A stretch of DNA of 27,401 nt from Candidatus Woesearchaeota archaeon (GTDB taxonomy: Archaea; Nanobdellota; Nanobdellia; Woesearchaeales; JAZDKJ01): positions 1-27,401 of the forward strand of contig JAZDKJ010000009.1 of the NCBI GenBank assembly GCA_043803105.1. The letters run 5' to 3'. Shown here piece by piece: positions 1 to 8,607 of this stretch (position 1 is its first letter; every line of letters begins with the position of its first letter). The notes under the pieces are model-generated. The model saw only the letters and a program-made list of their open reading frames with translations, made no database searches and had not been told where the DNA came from. The position numbers were made by a program, and so were the translations under genes.

Positions 1-455
1 GGGAACATTTTTGGCCTTAGGTGCGCTTTTCTGCCTTCAAAATCATGCTCTATTTCAAATAAGAAGAGCCCAGCATAAGCCCTGCTGCCAATAAAGAATA
101 TGTCTATCCGTGTCGTTGGTTTGTCTAGGTTCACTCTAGGATTCCTTACCCCTCTCCATATAAATCCAGCCAGCTCTGCTTCTCTGAAATCGCTTTTTCC
201 GTGGATTCGAAGGCAAAAGTCCTTTCGGTAGATACTGCTCCATTTGTAATGTTCCAACCTTTTCAATAGTTGTCTTATTTCGCAGTCAAACACGAACCGG
301 TAAACAGCCTTGCAGTAAGCTAATCTCGAAAAATTGGTTTTTGTTGCCCGAAGAATTGCCAGATTCCCAACAACCTTAACCTTCTTGCCAATAAACCCTT
401 CAACTTCTGCCTTGGCAACCTTAAGGTTTTCTCCTGATAACTGCAAGAATAGCAT
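1..455 (-). CDS. trm11: tRNA (guanine(10)-N2)-methyltransferase Trm11/TrmG10, N-terminal THUMP part; runs off the window start
   Basis: Not in the ORF track. Manual translation from ATG 455 gives MLFLQLSGENLKVAKAEVEG...RLAYCK...PRVNLDKP...FEGRKAHLRPKMFP, open to base 1. The LSGE..L...EV start, VNL..P and R..H.RP...P motifs are typical of archaeal TrmG10. Confidence 0.8.
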   Translation of the reverse strand, partial: MLFLQLSGENLKVAKAEVEGFIGKKVKVVGNLAILRATKTNFSRLAYCKAVYRFVFDCEIRQLLKRLEHYKWSSIYRKDFCLRIHGKSDFREAELAGFIWRGVRNPRVNLDKPTTRIDIFFIGSRAYAGLFLFEIEHDFEGRKAHLRPKMF

Positions 456-555
456 CACAGGTAAGCCTTGATATCATCATATTTAAGTGTTACCAACAAG
501 TTTATAAGCAATAAAAAGTTTACATGTCTTAATGTTTGTCCAAGGAGGTTTTCCT

Positions 556-948
556 ATGAGAGTTTTGGCTGCTTTATTGGTAATAGTTTTTTTGGCTGGC
601 TGCACAACGTACGCACCACGAGCAGCACCGCTAACAGTGCCAGCACCTGCCCCTACTCCTAGTGTGCCGTCTGTTCAGACCACAACCACGCCAGAGCAGC
701 AGCAGGCAGTCCAAGTCGTCATGTCAAACTTCAAGTTTGTGCCGAATACCTTGACAATTTCTGCAGGTACAGAGGTTGATTGGATAAACCAGGATTCTGT
801 TCCGCACACTGTAACTATAGCCAGCCTGGCTGTTGACCAGCCAATGCCTTCAGGCGCACAGTACGGCCATATCTTCAGCAATCCTGGCACTTATGAAGTG
901 CGGTGCAAGTTACACCCAAGCATGATAATGACTGTTACAGTTCAATAA
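556..948 (+). CDS. Cupredoxin (plastocyanin/halocyanin-like blue copper protein), predicted lipoprotein
   Basis: SD GGAGGT at 544-549 favours ATG 556. The signal peptide ends in lipobox LAGC, followed by a Pro/Thr linker. Type 1 Cu ligands: PHTV and CKLHPSM. Confidence 0.9.
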   Translation: MRVLAALLVIVFLAGCTTYAPRAAPLTVPAPAPTPSVPSVQTTTTPEQQQAVQVVMSNFKFVPNTLTISAGTEVDWINQDSVPHTVTIASLAVDQPMPSGAQYGHIFSNPGTYEVRCKLHPSMIMTVTVQ

Positions 949-1003
949 AGCCTTTTTTTCTTTGTTTTGTTGCTTCAATTGGCTGCCAGTCTTACAGGTT
1001 AGC

Positions 1004-1282
1004 ATGAGAAAGCTATTGAAAGTCAAGGTCTTTGGTTCTGTCCAGGGTGTTGGCTACAGGCATTTTGTTCGTATGAATGCAGAATCGCTTAATCTCTCAG
1101 GTAACATAAGGAACCTTCCGGATGGCTCTGTAGAAGCTGTCTTTGTAGGACAAGAGGAGGATTTGAAAAAGATGCTTGAGATTTGCAGGAAAGGCTCTGC
1201 TTTTTCGAAAATAACAAAGGTTGTTGAAGAATGGAGTAACCCGGACGAGAGTTTCAACGGCTTTAAAGTGCTTTCTTCCTAA
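1004..1282 (+). CDS. acyP: Acylphosphatase
   Basis: VFGSVQGVGYR and IRNLPDGSVEAV signatures; start trimmed to ATG 1004. Confidence 0.93.
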   Translation: MRKLLKVKVFGSVQGVGYRHFVRMNAESLNLSGNIRNLPDGSVEAVFVGQEEDLKKMLEICRKGSAFSKITKVVEEWSNPDESFNGFKVLSS

Positions 1283-2033
1283 TTCTGTAAAGAAAGATTG
1301 TGGACGCTATTATCATTCCAATGCACAGGTACTGCCCCATTGACAATCCAAGGAACCTTGGGTCTTCGCGGACAAAGTTCTCAACAAACCTGAACACCCC
1401 ATACAGCAAGACAAAGAGCCAGAAGATTGTTCCTGACTGCATCTTCCTTTTCTTTAGGAGCATCAGTATTCCAAATATGAGAAGCATGTAGCCTGCCTCA
1501 TACAATTGGCTTGGATGCCTGCAGCCTGCAATCCCGGGATAATTAATGCACCACGGTAGGCTTGTAGGAGTGCCTATGAGCTCTCCGTTGGTAAAGTTGG
1601 CAATCCTTCCGAAGAAGAGCCCTATGCTTGCAGGCATTACAATGTTGTCTGCTAAAGAATAGAACTTCACCTTGTATTTCCTGCAGAACAGGAAGGTTGC
1701 AACAACAACCCCAATTAGCCCGCCGTGAAATGACATTCCTCCATGCCAAATCTTTAGGATTTCCAGCGGGTCTCTGATAAACACTCCAGGATCATAGAAA
1801 ACGAACTCTCCTATCCTTGCGCCCACAACAAGCCCAATGGCAAGGTAAAACAGTAGGTCATCCAGTTTACCCTCTGAAAGGTTTGGTATCTTTTTATGCC
1901 TGATTGCATGCCTTAGCATGAAGTATGTGATTGCAAGCCCAAGTACATAGGCTAGCCCATAATATCTTATCTCGAGAAAGCCTATCTTCAATAGCACTGG
2001 ATTGATGTTGTACTCGATCACGCCTTCTGTCAA
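1263..2033 (-). CDS. lgt: Prolipoprotein diacylglyceryl transferase
   Basis: IRYYGLAY, GARIG, IWHGGMSFHGG, GRIANFTNGELIG, RHPSQLYE and YGVFRF motifs; multiple TM helices. The start could be GTG 2021. Confidence 0.95.
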   Translation of the reverse strand: MTEGVIEYNINPVLLKIGFLEIRYYGLAYVLGLAITYFMLRHAIRHKKIPNLSEGKLDDLLFYLAIGLVVGARIGEFVFYDPGVFIRDPLEILKIWHGGMSFHGGLIGVVVATFLFCRKYKVKFYSLADNIVMPASIGLFFGRIANFTNGELIGTPTSLPWCINYPGIAGCRHPSQLYEAGYMLLIFGILMLLKKRKMQSGTIFWLFVLLYGVFRFVENFVREDPRFLGLSMGQYLCIGMIIASTIFLYRIRKKAL

Positions 2034-2096
2034 TTAACACCACTTTAAAAATTTTCCTTCGCAAACTTTATTAACACCGCTTCCTCCAGCATCCAA

Positions 2097-3098
2097 ATGA
2101 AGGAGGCTATGTTCTTTAGAAAGCTCAAGGATAATGTTGTGCAATGCAGCCTGTGCCCGCACAGCTGTGTTATTAAGGATAATGAGCGAGGGAAATGTGG
2201 TGTGCGCGAAAACAGGCAAGGCGTGCTCTATGCCCTTACCTATGGCAAGCCCATTTCATCTGCGATCGATCCTATAGAGAAAAAACCTCTGTACCATTTT
2301 CTTCCAGGCTCAAGCTCTTACTCCATCGCTTGTGTGGGCTGCAACCTTAGCTGCCTTTTCTGCCAGAACTCAGACATTTCCCAGATGCTTAAGGAAGGCC
2401 GGATCTTGGGTACAGATGCCTCTGTGCAGGATGTTGTTGATGAAGCTATTGCCTCCGGCTGTAAGAGCATCTCTTATACCTACACTGAGCCCACGATTTT
2501 TTTCGAGTATGCCTATGACATCGCCAGGCTGGCAAAGTCGAAGGGGATAAAGAATGTTTTTGTGACCAATGGCTTTATCAGCAAGGATGCTATTGAGTTT
2601 ATTTCTCCTTTTCTTGATGCTGCAAACATTGACTTAAAGGGTTTCACTGATGAGTATTATCAGAGGGTTTGCGGTGCAAGGCTTCAACCTGTGCTTGACG
2701 CAATCCAGCTGTATTATGACAAGGGAGTCCACATTGAGCTCACAACCCTCATTGTCCCCGGGCAGAATGATGACCCCTCAATCCTTAAGTCGATTGCAGA
2801 ATTCATTGCCAGGATAGACAAGCGGATTCCTTGGCACATTTCCAGGTTCTTCCCTCAGTACAAGATGGCTGGCCTGCCCCCAACACCCGTAGAATCAATA
2901 CGCAAGGCTGAACAAATCGGCAAGGAATCAGGCCTCAAGTATATTTATCCTGGAAACCTTGGGGAGGAAAGCGACACCGCGTGCCAGCATTGTTCGAAGA
3001 CATTGATTAAGAGGAAGGGCTTTTTTGTCTCTGAAAACAATCTGGTTGGTGAAAGGTGCAGGTTCTGCAATGCCAAGGCAGACATCATAACAAAATGA
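2097..3098 (+). CDS. amrS: AmmeMemoRadiSam system radical SAM enzyme
   Basis: N-terminal CSLCPHSC...CGVR, DPIEKKPLYHF, CNLSCLFCQN, YTYTEPTIFFEY, PWHISRFFP, C-terminal CxxC...CxxC. Confidence 0.92.
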   Translation: MKEAMFFRKLKDNVVQCSLCPHSCVIKDNERGKCGVRENRQGVLYALTYGKPISSAIDPIEKKPLYHFLPGSSSYSIACVGCNLSCLFCQNSDISQMLKEGRILGTDASVQDVVDEAIASGCKSISYTYTEPTIFFEYAYDIARLAKSKGIKNVFVTNGFISKDAIEFISPFLDAANIDLKGFTDEYYQRVCGARLQPVLDAIQLYYDKGVHIELTTLIVPGQNDDPSILKSIAEFIARIDKRIPWHISRFFPQYKMAGLPPTPVESIRKAEQIGKESGLKYIYPGNLGEESDTACQHCSKTLIKRKGFFVSENNLVGERCRFCNAKADIITK

Positions 3099-3162
3099 TT
3101 TTTGCTCTTAAAGGCAAAAGACTTAAAGGTGCGCGCTTGATACGTTTAAGGCAATCAGTAAA

Positions 3163-4248
3163 ATGAAGACCTCTTACAACATTGGCAGCATTGCTGGAAT
3201 CGAAATCAACATTCATATTAGCTGGCTTCTTGTGTTTGCCCTCCTTGCCTGGTCTCTTGCAACTGACTTTTTTCCTCCAAAATACCATTTTGGAGTTGCC
3301 CTGAGCTGGATTCTTGGCATAACTGCCAGCCTTCTTTTGTTTGTCTCTGTTCTGGTTCACGAGCTCGCGCACAGTCTTGTCTCTAAAGCCTACAAGATGA
3401 AGGTATCAAGCATCACGCTTTTTTTCTTTGGTGGAGTCTCCAATATCGGCAGAGAGAGCCCTAACCCAAAGACTGAATTTAGCATGGCTATTGCAGGGCC
3501 TCTCACAAGCATTGCAATAGGCGTTGTCTCATTTGTTGTTTTTAGCTCAGTCGCAAATGTTTACATAAGGTCTGTTTTTGACTATCTTTATTCTGTGAAT
3601 TTTATCCTTGCGGCCTTTAACCTTGTTCCTGGCTTCCCATTAGATGGTGGCAGGGTGTTGCGATCTGCTCTGTGGATTTATTACCATGACATTGTTAAGG
3701 CTACCAGGGTTGCCTCCATGGTCGGCAGGCTCTTCGGTTATGCCTTGATTGCGTATGGCTTTCTTTCCATCTTTTTCGGTGCCTTTGGCCTTTGGTATGT
3801 TTTCCTTGGTGCTTTCCTTGTTTTTCTTGCAAGGGCCGGCTATGAGCAGGTGCTTATTAGAGAAAGGCTGTCAACGTTAAAGCTGGGCATGTTTGTTTCT
3901 GAGGCAAAGATTGTTGACCCTTCAATCCTGGCTGAAGAATTTATCAGTTGGTGCGAGACGCACAATACCATTTATGGACTTGCTAAGAAAAAGGATGGAT
4001 ACTATATTGCCCAAATTTCTGATATCCCAAGGATTCATCGTAAGGAATGGCAGAAAACCAAGGTCTCGGATTTTATGAGAAAAGTTGAGCCTGTCAAAAT
4101 GAATGATGACCTGATGAAAGTCTTTGAGCGTATGCGCTCGGGCAATTCAAAAATACTGCCTGTGCTGAAGTCAGGCAAGCTTGTTGGCATTGTGAGCGAA
4201 GGCGATATTGTAAATCATTTCAGGATAATTTCTTCCAAAAATGGATAA
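3163..4248 (+). CDS. Site-2 protease (peptidase M50) with C-terminal CBS domains
   Basis: HELAH, AIAGP and FNLVPGFPLDGGR motifs; CBS-like tail (KVSDFM...LPVLKSGKLVGIVS). Confidence 0.92.
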   Translation: MKTSYNIGSIAGIEINIHISWLLVFALLAWSLATDFFPPKYHFGVALSWILGITASLLLFVSVLVHELAHSLVSKAYKMKVSSITLFFFGGVSNIGRESPNPKTEFSMAIAGPLTSIAIGVVSFVVFSSVANVYIRSVFDYLYSVNFILAAFNLVPGFPLDGGRVLRSALWIYYHDIVKATRVASMVGRLFGYALIAYGFLSIFFGAFGLWYVFLGAFLVFLARAGYEQVLIRERLSTLKLGMFVSEAKIVDPSILAEEFISWCETHNTIYGLAKKKDGYYIAQISDIPRIHRKEWQKTKVSDFMRKVEPVKMNDDLMKVFERMRSGNSKILPVLKSGKLVGIVSEGDIVNHFRIISSKNG

Positions 4249-5932
4249 TCCAGAGCTTGCCCGGGTTCTCTATGAGATTGCTGATATTCTCGAAATCCAG
4301 GAGGTCAAATTCAAGCCTCAGGCTTACCGCAATGCCGCTCGGACAGTTGAGGCACTTTCTGCTGACATAAATGAAGTTTATAGGCAAGACAGGTTAGAAG
4401 AGCTACCCGGCATTGGAGAAGCCATCGCTAAGAAGATTTCTGAGCTTCTTCTGACTGGGCATTTGAAATATCTGGATGAGCTAAAGAAACAGGTTCCTAT
4501 AGACTTTGAGGCTTTGCTTGCTATTCCGGGCATTGGTCCTAAGAAGGTTGTTCTGTTCTACAAAAAGCTTGGCATAAAAGATGTTCCTGGTCTTGAGAAG
4601 GCTGCCAAAGCTCATCTGATTCAACATCTTAAAGGCATGGGGGAAAAGACTGAATCAGAGATTTTAGCAAATATTGGCTTTGTAAGGAAAAGTGGTGAGC
4701 GCCAGCTGCTCGGCACAGTCCTTCCTGTAGCTGATTCAATTGTTTCCGAATTAAGGCATTTATGCAGGAATATCACCTTTGCTGGTTCGCTTAGGCGTAT
4801 GAAAGAAACTATAGGCGATGTTGATATCCTTGCGACAACAAATAAGCCTCAGGAGGTCGCAAATGCCTTTGTCAAGTTAGGTGAAAAGGTTCTTGCCAAA
4901 GGCCCAACAAAATGCTCTGTGCGAATGAAGAATGGATTGCAGGCAGATTTACGCATCATTGAAGATAAGAGCTTTGGCGCGGCACTTCAGTATTTCACCG
5001 GCTCAAAAGAGCACAATGTTGCCTTGCGCCAGCTTGCGATTTCAAAGGGCTTCAAGTTGAGCGAGTATGGTCTTTTTGACAGGAAAGACAACTTTGTGGT
5101 TGGCGACACAGAAGAGAATGTCTACAAACGGATTGGTCTACAATACATCGAGCCTGAGCTTCGTGAAAACCATGGAGAGATTAAGGCAGCGCTTGACCGC
5201 AAGCTTCCAGACCTTGTAAGCCATGACGCAATAAAAGGTGACCTGCAGGTCCATTCATCCTGGAGCGATGGGATCCACACGATAAAAGAGATAGCAGAAG
5301 AAGCCATCAAATTGGGCTATGAGTACATTGGTATTTCTGATCACGCTGGCTCTCTGAAGGTTGCGAACAGCCTTGATGCGAAACGAGTCCTCGAGCAGAG
5401 AAAGGAAATCGAATCAATAAGGTTGCCCATTAGAATCTTTCAAGGCCTAGAGGTAAATATCAGGGATGACGGCACACTTGACGTGCCTGACTCAACCTTG
5501 AAGCACGTTGACTTTGTTATCGCCGCAATCCATTCAGGTTTCAAGAACAGCCCTGAGAAGATGACCAATCGCATCTGCAAGGCGATAGAGAATCCTTACG
5601 CCACCTTTATTTCACATCCTACAGGCAGAGTCCTGAACAGGCGCCCGCCCTATGCAGTCGATTTGCAACGGGTGTTTGACAAGGCTGTTGAATTTAATAA
5701 ATTCCTTGAGATAAATGCCCACCCATCAAGGCTCGACCTCAATGACATCAATTCGCGAGCTGCAATAACCAGAGGTCTTAAGTTATTGATAAACACTGAC
5801 GCTCACTCAAAGGACTCTTTAAGCGATATGTTTTACGGAGTGGCAACAGCAAGGCGTGGCTGGTGCGAGCCAAAACACATCTTGAACACTTTGCCCTTGA
5901 GGCAGTTTGAGAAGGTTATCTTGAAGAGGTAG
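4241..5932 (+). CDS. polX: DNA polymerase X with PHP domain
   Basis: HhH motifs PGIGE and PGIGP, AGSLRR, catalytic GDVD...DLR, YFTGSKEHN, PELRE; PHP motifs DLQVHS.WSDG, SDH, HPTGR, NTDAH. Confidence 0.96.
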   Translation: MDNPELARVLYEIADILEIQEVKFKPQAYRNAARTVEALSADINEVYRQDRLEELPGIGEAIAKKISELLLTGHLKYLDELKKQVPIDFEALLAIPGIGPKKVVLFYKKLGIKDVPGLEKAAKAHLIQHLKGMGEKTESEILANIGFVRKSGERQLLGTVLPVADSIVSELRHLCRNITFAGSLRRMKETIGDVDILATTNKPQEVANAFVKLGEKVLAKGPTKCSVRMKNGLQADLRIIEDKSFGAALQYFTGSKEHNVALRQLAISKGFKLSEYGLFDRKDNFVVGDTEENVYKRIGLQYIEPELRENHGEIKAALDRKLPDLVSHDAIKGDLQVHSSWSDGIHTIKEIAEEAIKLGYEYIGISDHAGSLKVANSLDAKRVLEQRKEIESIRLPIRIFQGLEVNIRDDGTLDVPDSTLKHVDFVIAAIHSGFKNSPEKMTNRICKAIENPYATFISHPTGRVLNRRPPYAVDLQRVFDKAVEFNKFLEINAHPSRLDLNDINSRAAITRGLKLLINTDAHSKDSLSDMFYGVATARRGWCEPKHILNTLPLRQFEKVILKR

Positions 5933-5933
5933 T

Positions 5934-6506
5934 CTACCTTTCTGCCTTGACTTCTTTTGTGTACGGAAATATCAAGAAACGTTTTTCCTCAAATTCCCTG
6001 GTATGTTCATCTTCCCATTTGTGCACAATTTCAGGTTTTGGATTTCCCGGTATCAGGATTATCGGTCTGCAAGTCATAACTTCTTCATCCTCATCCTGGA
6101 AATGGCTTTCAAGGCTTCCTGACAGCGAATACGGATGTTCACTTGCTGCCATCAGCTCAATGATTGCAGGGCTGGCAAGTATCTGCGTGACAATTAACTC
6201 TTTGGATTTGAAGTGCTTGCAGAAGAACTCCCTCCACCCGTTGAAGTGCTTTGTTGCCAGTGGTTCAGCAGCCCTATTAAGGTAAATCCTATCAAAAGAA
6301 AGAAAATGATATTCGTCAGGGGGGCTGAAAAATTGCTTTTTTTCCGGCAGCCTTTCAATAAAGTAAGGGAAGTAGGGAAGCGCTGCGCTTGCCAACTCAT
6401 CAAGAACATTGTATTTTGCCGTTTCGAATAGGCTAGGATGTTCTGCCAACTGCTTAGCAAAGATTTCGAGGAGCCCTGGTTGCATTTTTGTTATATCAGG
6501 TTCCAT
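5934..6506 (-). CDS. Hypothetical protein, paralogue of the adjacent 6522-7043 gene
   Basis: 190-aa ORF filling the gap; shares the RPx(I/L)LIPxNP...WEDxxTxxF motif with its neighbour. Confidence 0.75.
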   Translation of the reverse strand: MEPDITKMQPGLLEIFAKQLAEHPSLFETAKYNVLDELASAALPYFPYFIERLPEKKQFFSPPDEYHFLSFDRIYLNRAAEPLATKHFNGWREFFCKHFKSKELIVTQILASPAIIELMAASEHPYSLSGSLESHFQDEDEEVMTCRPIILIPGNPKPEIVHKWEDEHTREFEEKRFLIFPYTKEVKAER

Positions 6507-6521
6507 GTTGTAAACAAATGC

Positions 6522-7043
6522 TCAATCAAGATGTAGCCAAGGCAGTACTGCAGGGCTGCTCCTTTGGCTCCCAAAATAATTTGTGTTCGCATCTTCCCAT
6601 TCGAGAACTGCTTGCCTGTTAGGATTCTCAGGTATCAATAGAAAAGGCCTTACTGATTGCAGTTCCGGAAGTTCGATACCATCATATGTGCGGATCTCGC
6701 CGCTCACTGAGTTTTTCTCACCACAAAGAGCCATGAACCCCATTAACTCAGGGTTCTTTACTATCAAATCCTTCGAAACCAGAGAAATAAAATATCCACT
6801 AATAGATTTTATTCTGTCCATTATCTTTGCGTTGTTATAGAGCCTCGTAAGATTCACGATTACAAGCTCATCTGTTTCCTCCATTTCATGAGAAATACCT
6901 ATTCCGCCAAGTTTTGCTGAAAGCTTGTTTTCCAGAAGGCTTATTGGATGCAGTCTGTCAAATAAATCCTGCGCATCAAAAGCTTTTAACTCAGGATGCA
7001 GCAAGTATTCGTTCTTGATCTTTTCAACAAGCGCTTTATCCAT
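6522..7043 (-). CDS. Hypothetical protein, paralogue of the 5934-6506 gene
   Basis: ATG 7043 lies downstream of a TATA-like TTTTTAAA on the minus strand; shared C-terminal motif. Confidence 0.75.
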   Translation of the reverse strand: MDKALVEKIKNEYLLHPELKAFDAQDLFDRLHPISLLENKLSAKLGGIGISHEMEETDELVIVNLTRLYNNAKIMDRIKSISGYFISLVSKDLIVKNPELMGFMALCGEKNSVSGEIRTYDGIELPELQSVRPFLLIPENPNRQAVLEWEDANTNYFGSQRSSPAVLPWLHLD

Positions 7044-7080
7044 GTTCAAGATTGTTCTGTTTGCCTTTAAAAAGATTTGC

Positions 7081-7656
7081 CTAAAGCCTGTTCACATGCA
7101 TTATGTCTTTGAGCCTTCTCTTTGGAACGTGCAGCACTCCCCTTTCATCCTTGTAATAGCGCACAGACTCTTTTAGCTCCTCTATTATTGGATGCTCCTT
7201 TGGGTATCCGAGCGCAATGACCAAGTCGATCACATAGTATTCTGGAATCTTGAATTGTTCCCTTATCCTGTCTCTGTCTATTGCTCCGAGCATGCAGCTT
7301 GCAAGCCCTTCTGCAACAGCGCAAAGCGCTATATTCTCTGCAGCTGCCCCGACATCGTACTGGTAGTTTGCCTCCTTGATCTTGGTGTTGATGAGCATTA
7401 CAATGTATGCTGTTGGCTCTTCGCCTTTCAGTGGGTTTCCTTTTGGAGCGATGTAGCCCGCCCATTTTAGTGAAAGGAAAAGCTTCTCGCGTATGATTTG
7501 TTCATCAACTATCAGGTATTCTATGGGCTGGACGTTTGCTCCTGATGGTGCCATCCTTCCAGAGTCTACAAGCTTCATCAGCGTCGCCATTCCAATTTCT
7601 TTATGTTCAAACTTTCTTACTGACCTTCTTTTCATGCATGCATCATAGACTTCCAT
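7081..7656 (-). CDS. Nitroreductase family protein
   Basis: RRSVRKF, APSGANVQP, DVGAAAENI, LGYP, PKR motifs. ATG 7656 is 1 nt after the upstream stop, with an AGGTG SD. Confidence 0.92.
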   Translation of the reverse strand: MEVYDACMKRRSVRKFEHKEIGMATLMKLVDSGRMAPSGANVQPIEYLIVDEQIIREKLFLSLKWAGYIAPKGNPLKGEEPTAYIVMLINTKIKEANYQYDVGAAAENIALCAVAEGLASCMLGAIDRDRIREQFKIPEYYVIDLVIALGYPKEHPIIEELKESVRYYKDERGVLHVPKRRLKDIMHVNRL

Positions 7657-7657
7657 A

Positions 7658-8131
7658 TTACGCACCTGCCTTGCTTCCGTACATACTTTTGACAATCCTC
7701 ACGGCAATATATACTATTGCCAGCACTGCCAGCGCAATATAGAACTGGTCGACTCTCAAGATTGACAATTCTATATTTGTCCAACTGAATGGGAAGAATA
7801 TCAGTGTTTCTCCAAATGCTGGGTGAGTCTGCAGCATGTCCAATAGAAAATGCGAGCCCCATCCGATTGACAGCAGCCTGACTGTGGTTGTGTATTTGTA
7901 TTCGAAGAACAGCGCAATTATGCACGCCACTATGAGGCTCCCAAAAGGCGTGTGGAATGGGAAAAGTATCTTGTAAGCTAATGTATAATCTACGTTGAAG
8001 AATGACATGAATGTCGCTATCTTCAATATGTCGGGGATGACTGCTCCTATTACAATGAGGCTTTTTTTCCTGACATTAAGGACCTCACCTATTATTAGCG
8101 CAAGGAGTATGTGTGATATCCAATCAGGCAT
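7658..8131 (-). CDS. Membrane-bound metal-dependent hydrolase (YdjM/DUF457-like)
   Basis: SH...PD...HT...SHFLLD pattern within hydrophobic helices. Confidence 0.8.
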   Translation of the reverse strand: MPDWISHILLALIIGEVLNVRKKSLIVIGAVIPDILKIATFMSFFNVDYTLAYKILFPFHTPFGSLIVACIIALFFEYKYTTTVRLLSIGWGSHFLLDMLQTHPAFGETLIFFPFSWTNIELSILRVDQFYIALAVLAIVYIAVRIVKSMYGSKAGA

Positions 8132-8555
8132 TCTTGTCCTCCAGAGGAATCCTTAGCTTCCATTCTCTTAGCAGGAAGAAAATAACCATTCCAAGCCCGA
8201 CAAATGATATTATATACTTCCAGTTGTTGTAGTCAAGGTTTATCACATCAGTTGCCTTGAACACCCCGTCCTCTCCGTAAACGCCATCAACTGTAACAGT
8301 GCCAAAAACTGAGTTCCTTACAGGCTTGTCATACTCAACCTTCATTACCTGGCCATCTAAGTTAAATACAAATCCACCTTGTTCAGCTTGTATTATGCCC
8401 CCCCTCAGCATTCCCCTTTGACCTGCATAAGCCTTAGGATTTTGCAGATATTCACTAGGCCAAACGTACTGCTTTTCATCAAATGCAACAATTGAATAAA
8501 TGCTTAGGAGTATTGCCGCAGTCAAGAATATAGCCCCTACACAAAGCTTTTTCAT
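8124..8555 (-). CDS. Hypothetical membrane protein with two TM helices flanking a probable OB-fold-like domain
   Basis: N- and C-terminal hydrophobic helices; NP..Y.G....L.G...V.VDG.Y pattern; 8-nt overlap with the next gene. Confidence 0.65.
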   Translation of the reverse strand: MKKLCVGAIFLTAAILLSIYSIVAFDEKQYVWPSEYLQNPKAYAGQRGMLRGGIIQAEQGGFVFNLDGQVMKVEYDKPVRNSVFGTVTVDGVYGEDGVFKATDVINLDYNNWKYIISFVGLGMVIFFLLREWKLRIPLEDKNA

Positions 8556-8607
8556 CCAGGTTTGGAATTAGTAAACCTTTATAAATTGCTCTCTATTAAT
8601 GCGACAC

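Noticed and set aside
2097-3098. Radical SAM gene as part of a novel cluster with the S2P protease and PolX
   Set aside because: It is a standard AmmeMemoRadiSam enzyme whose partner genes are often unlinked; no precursor peptide or functional link is visible.
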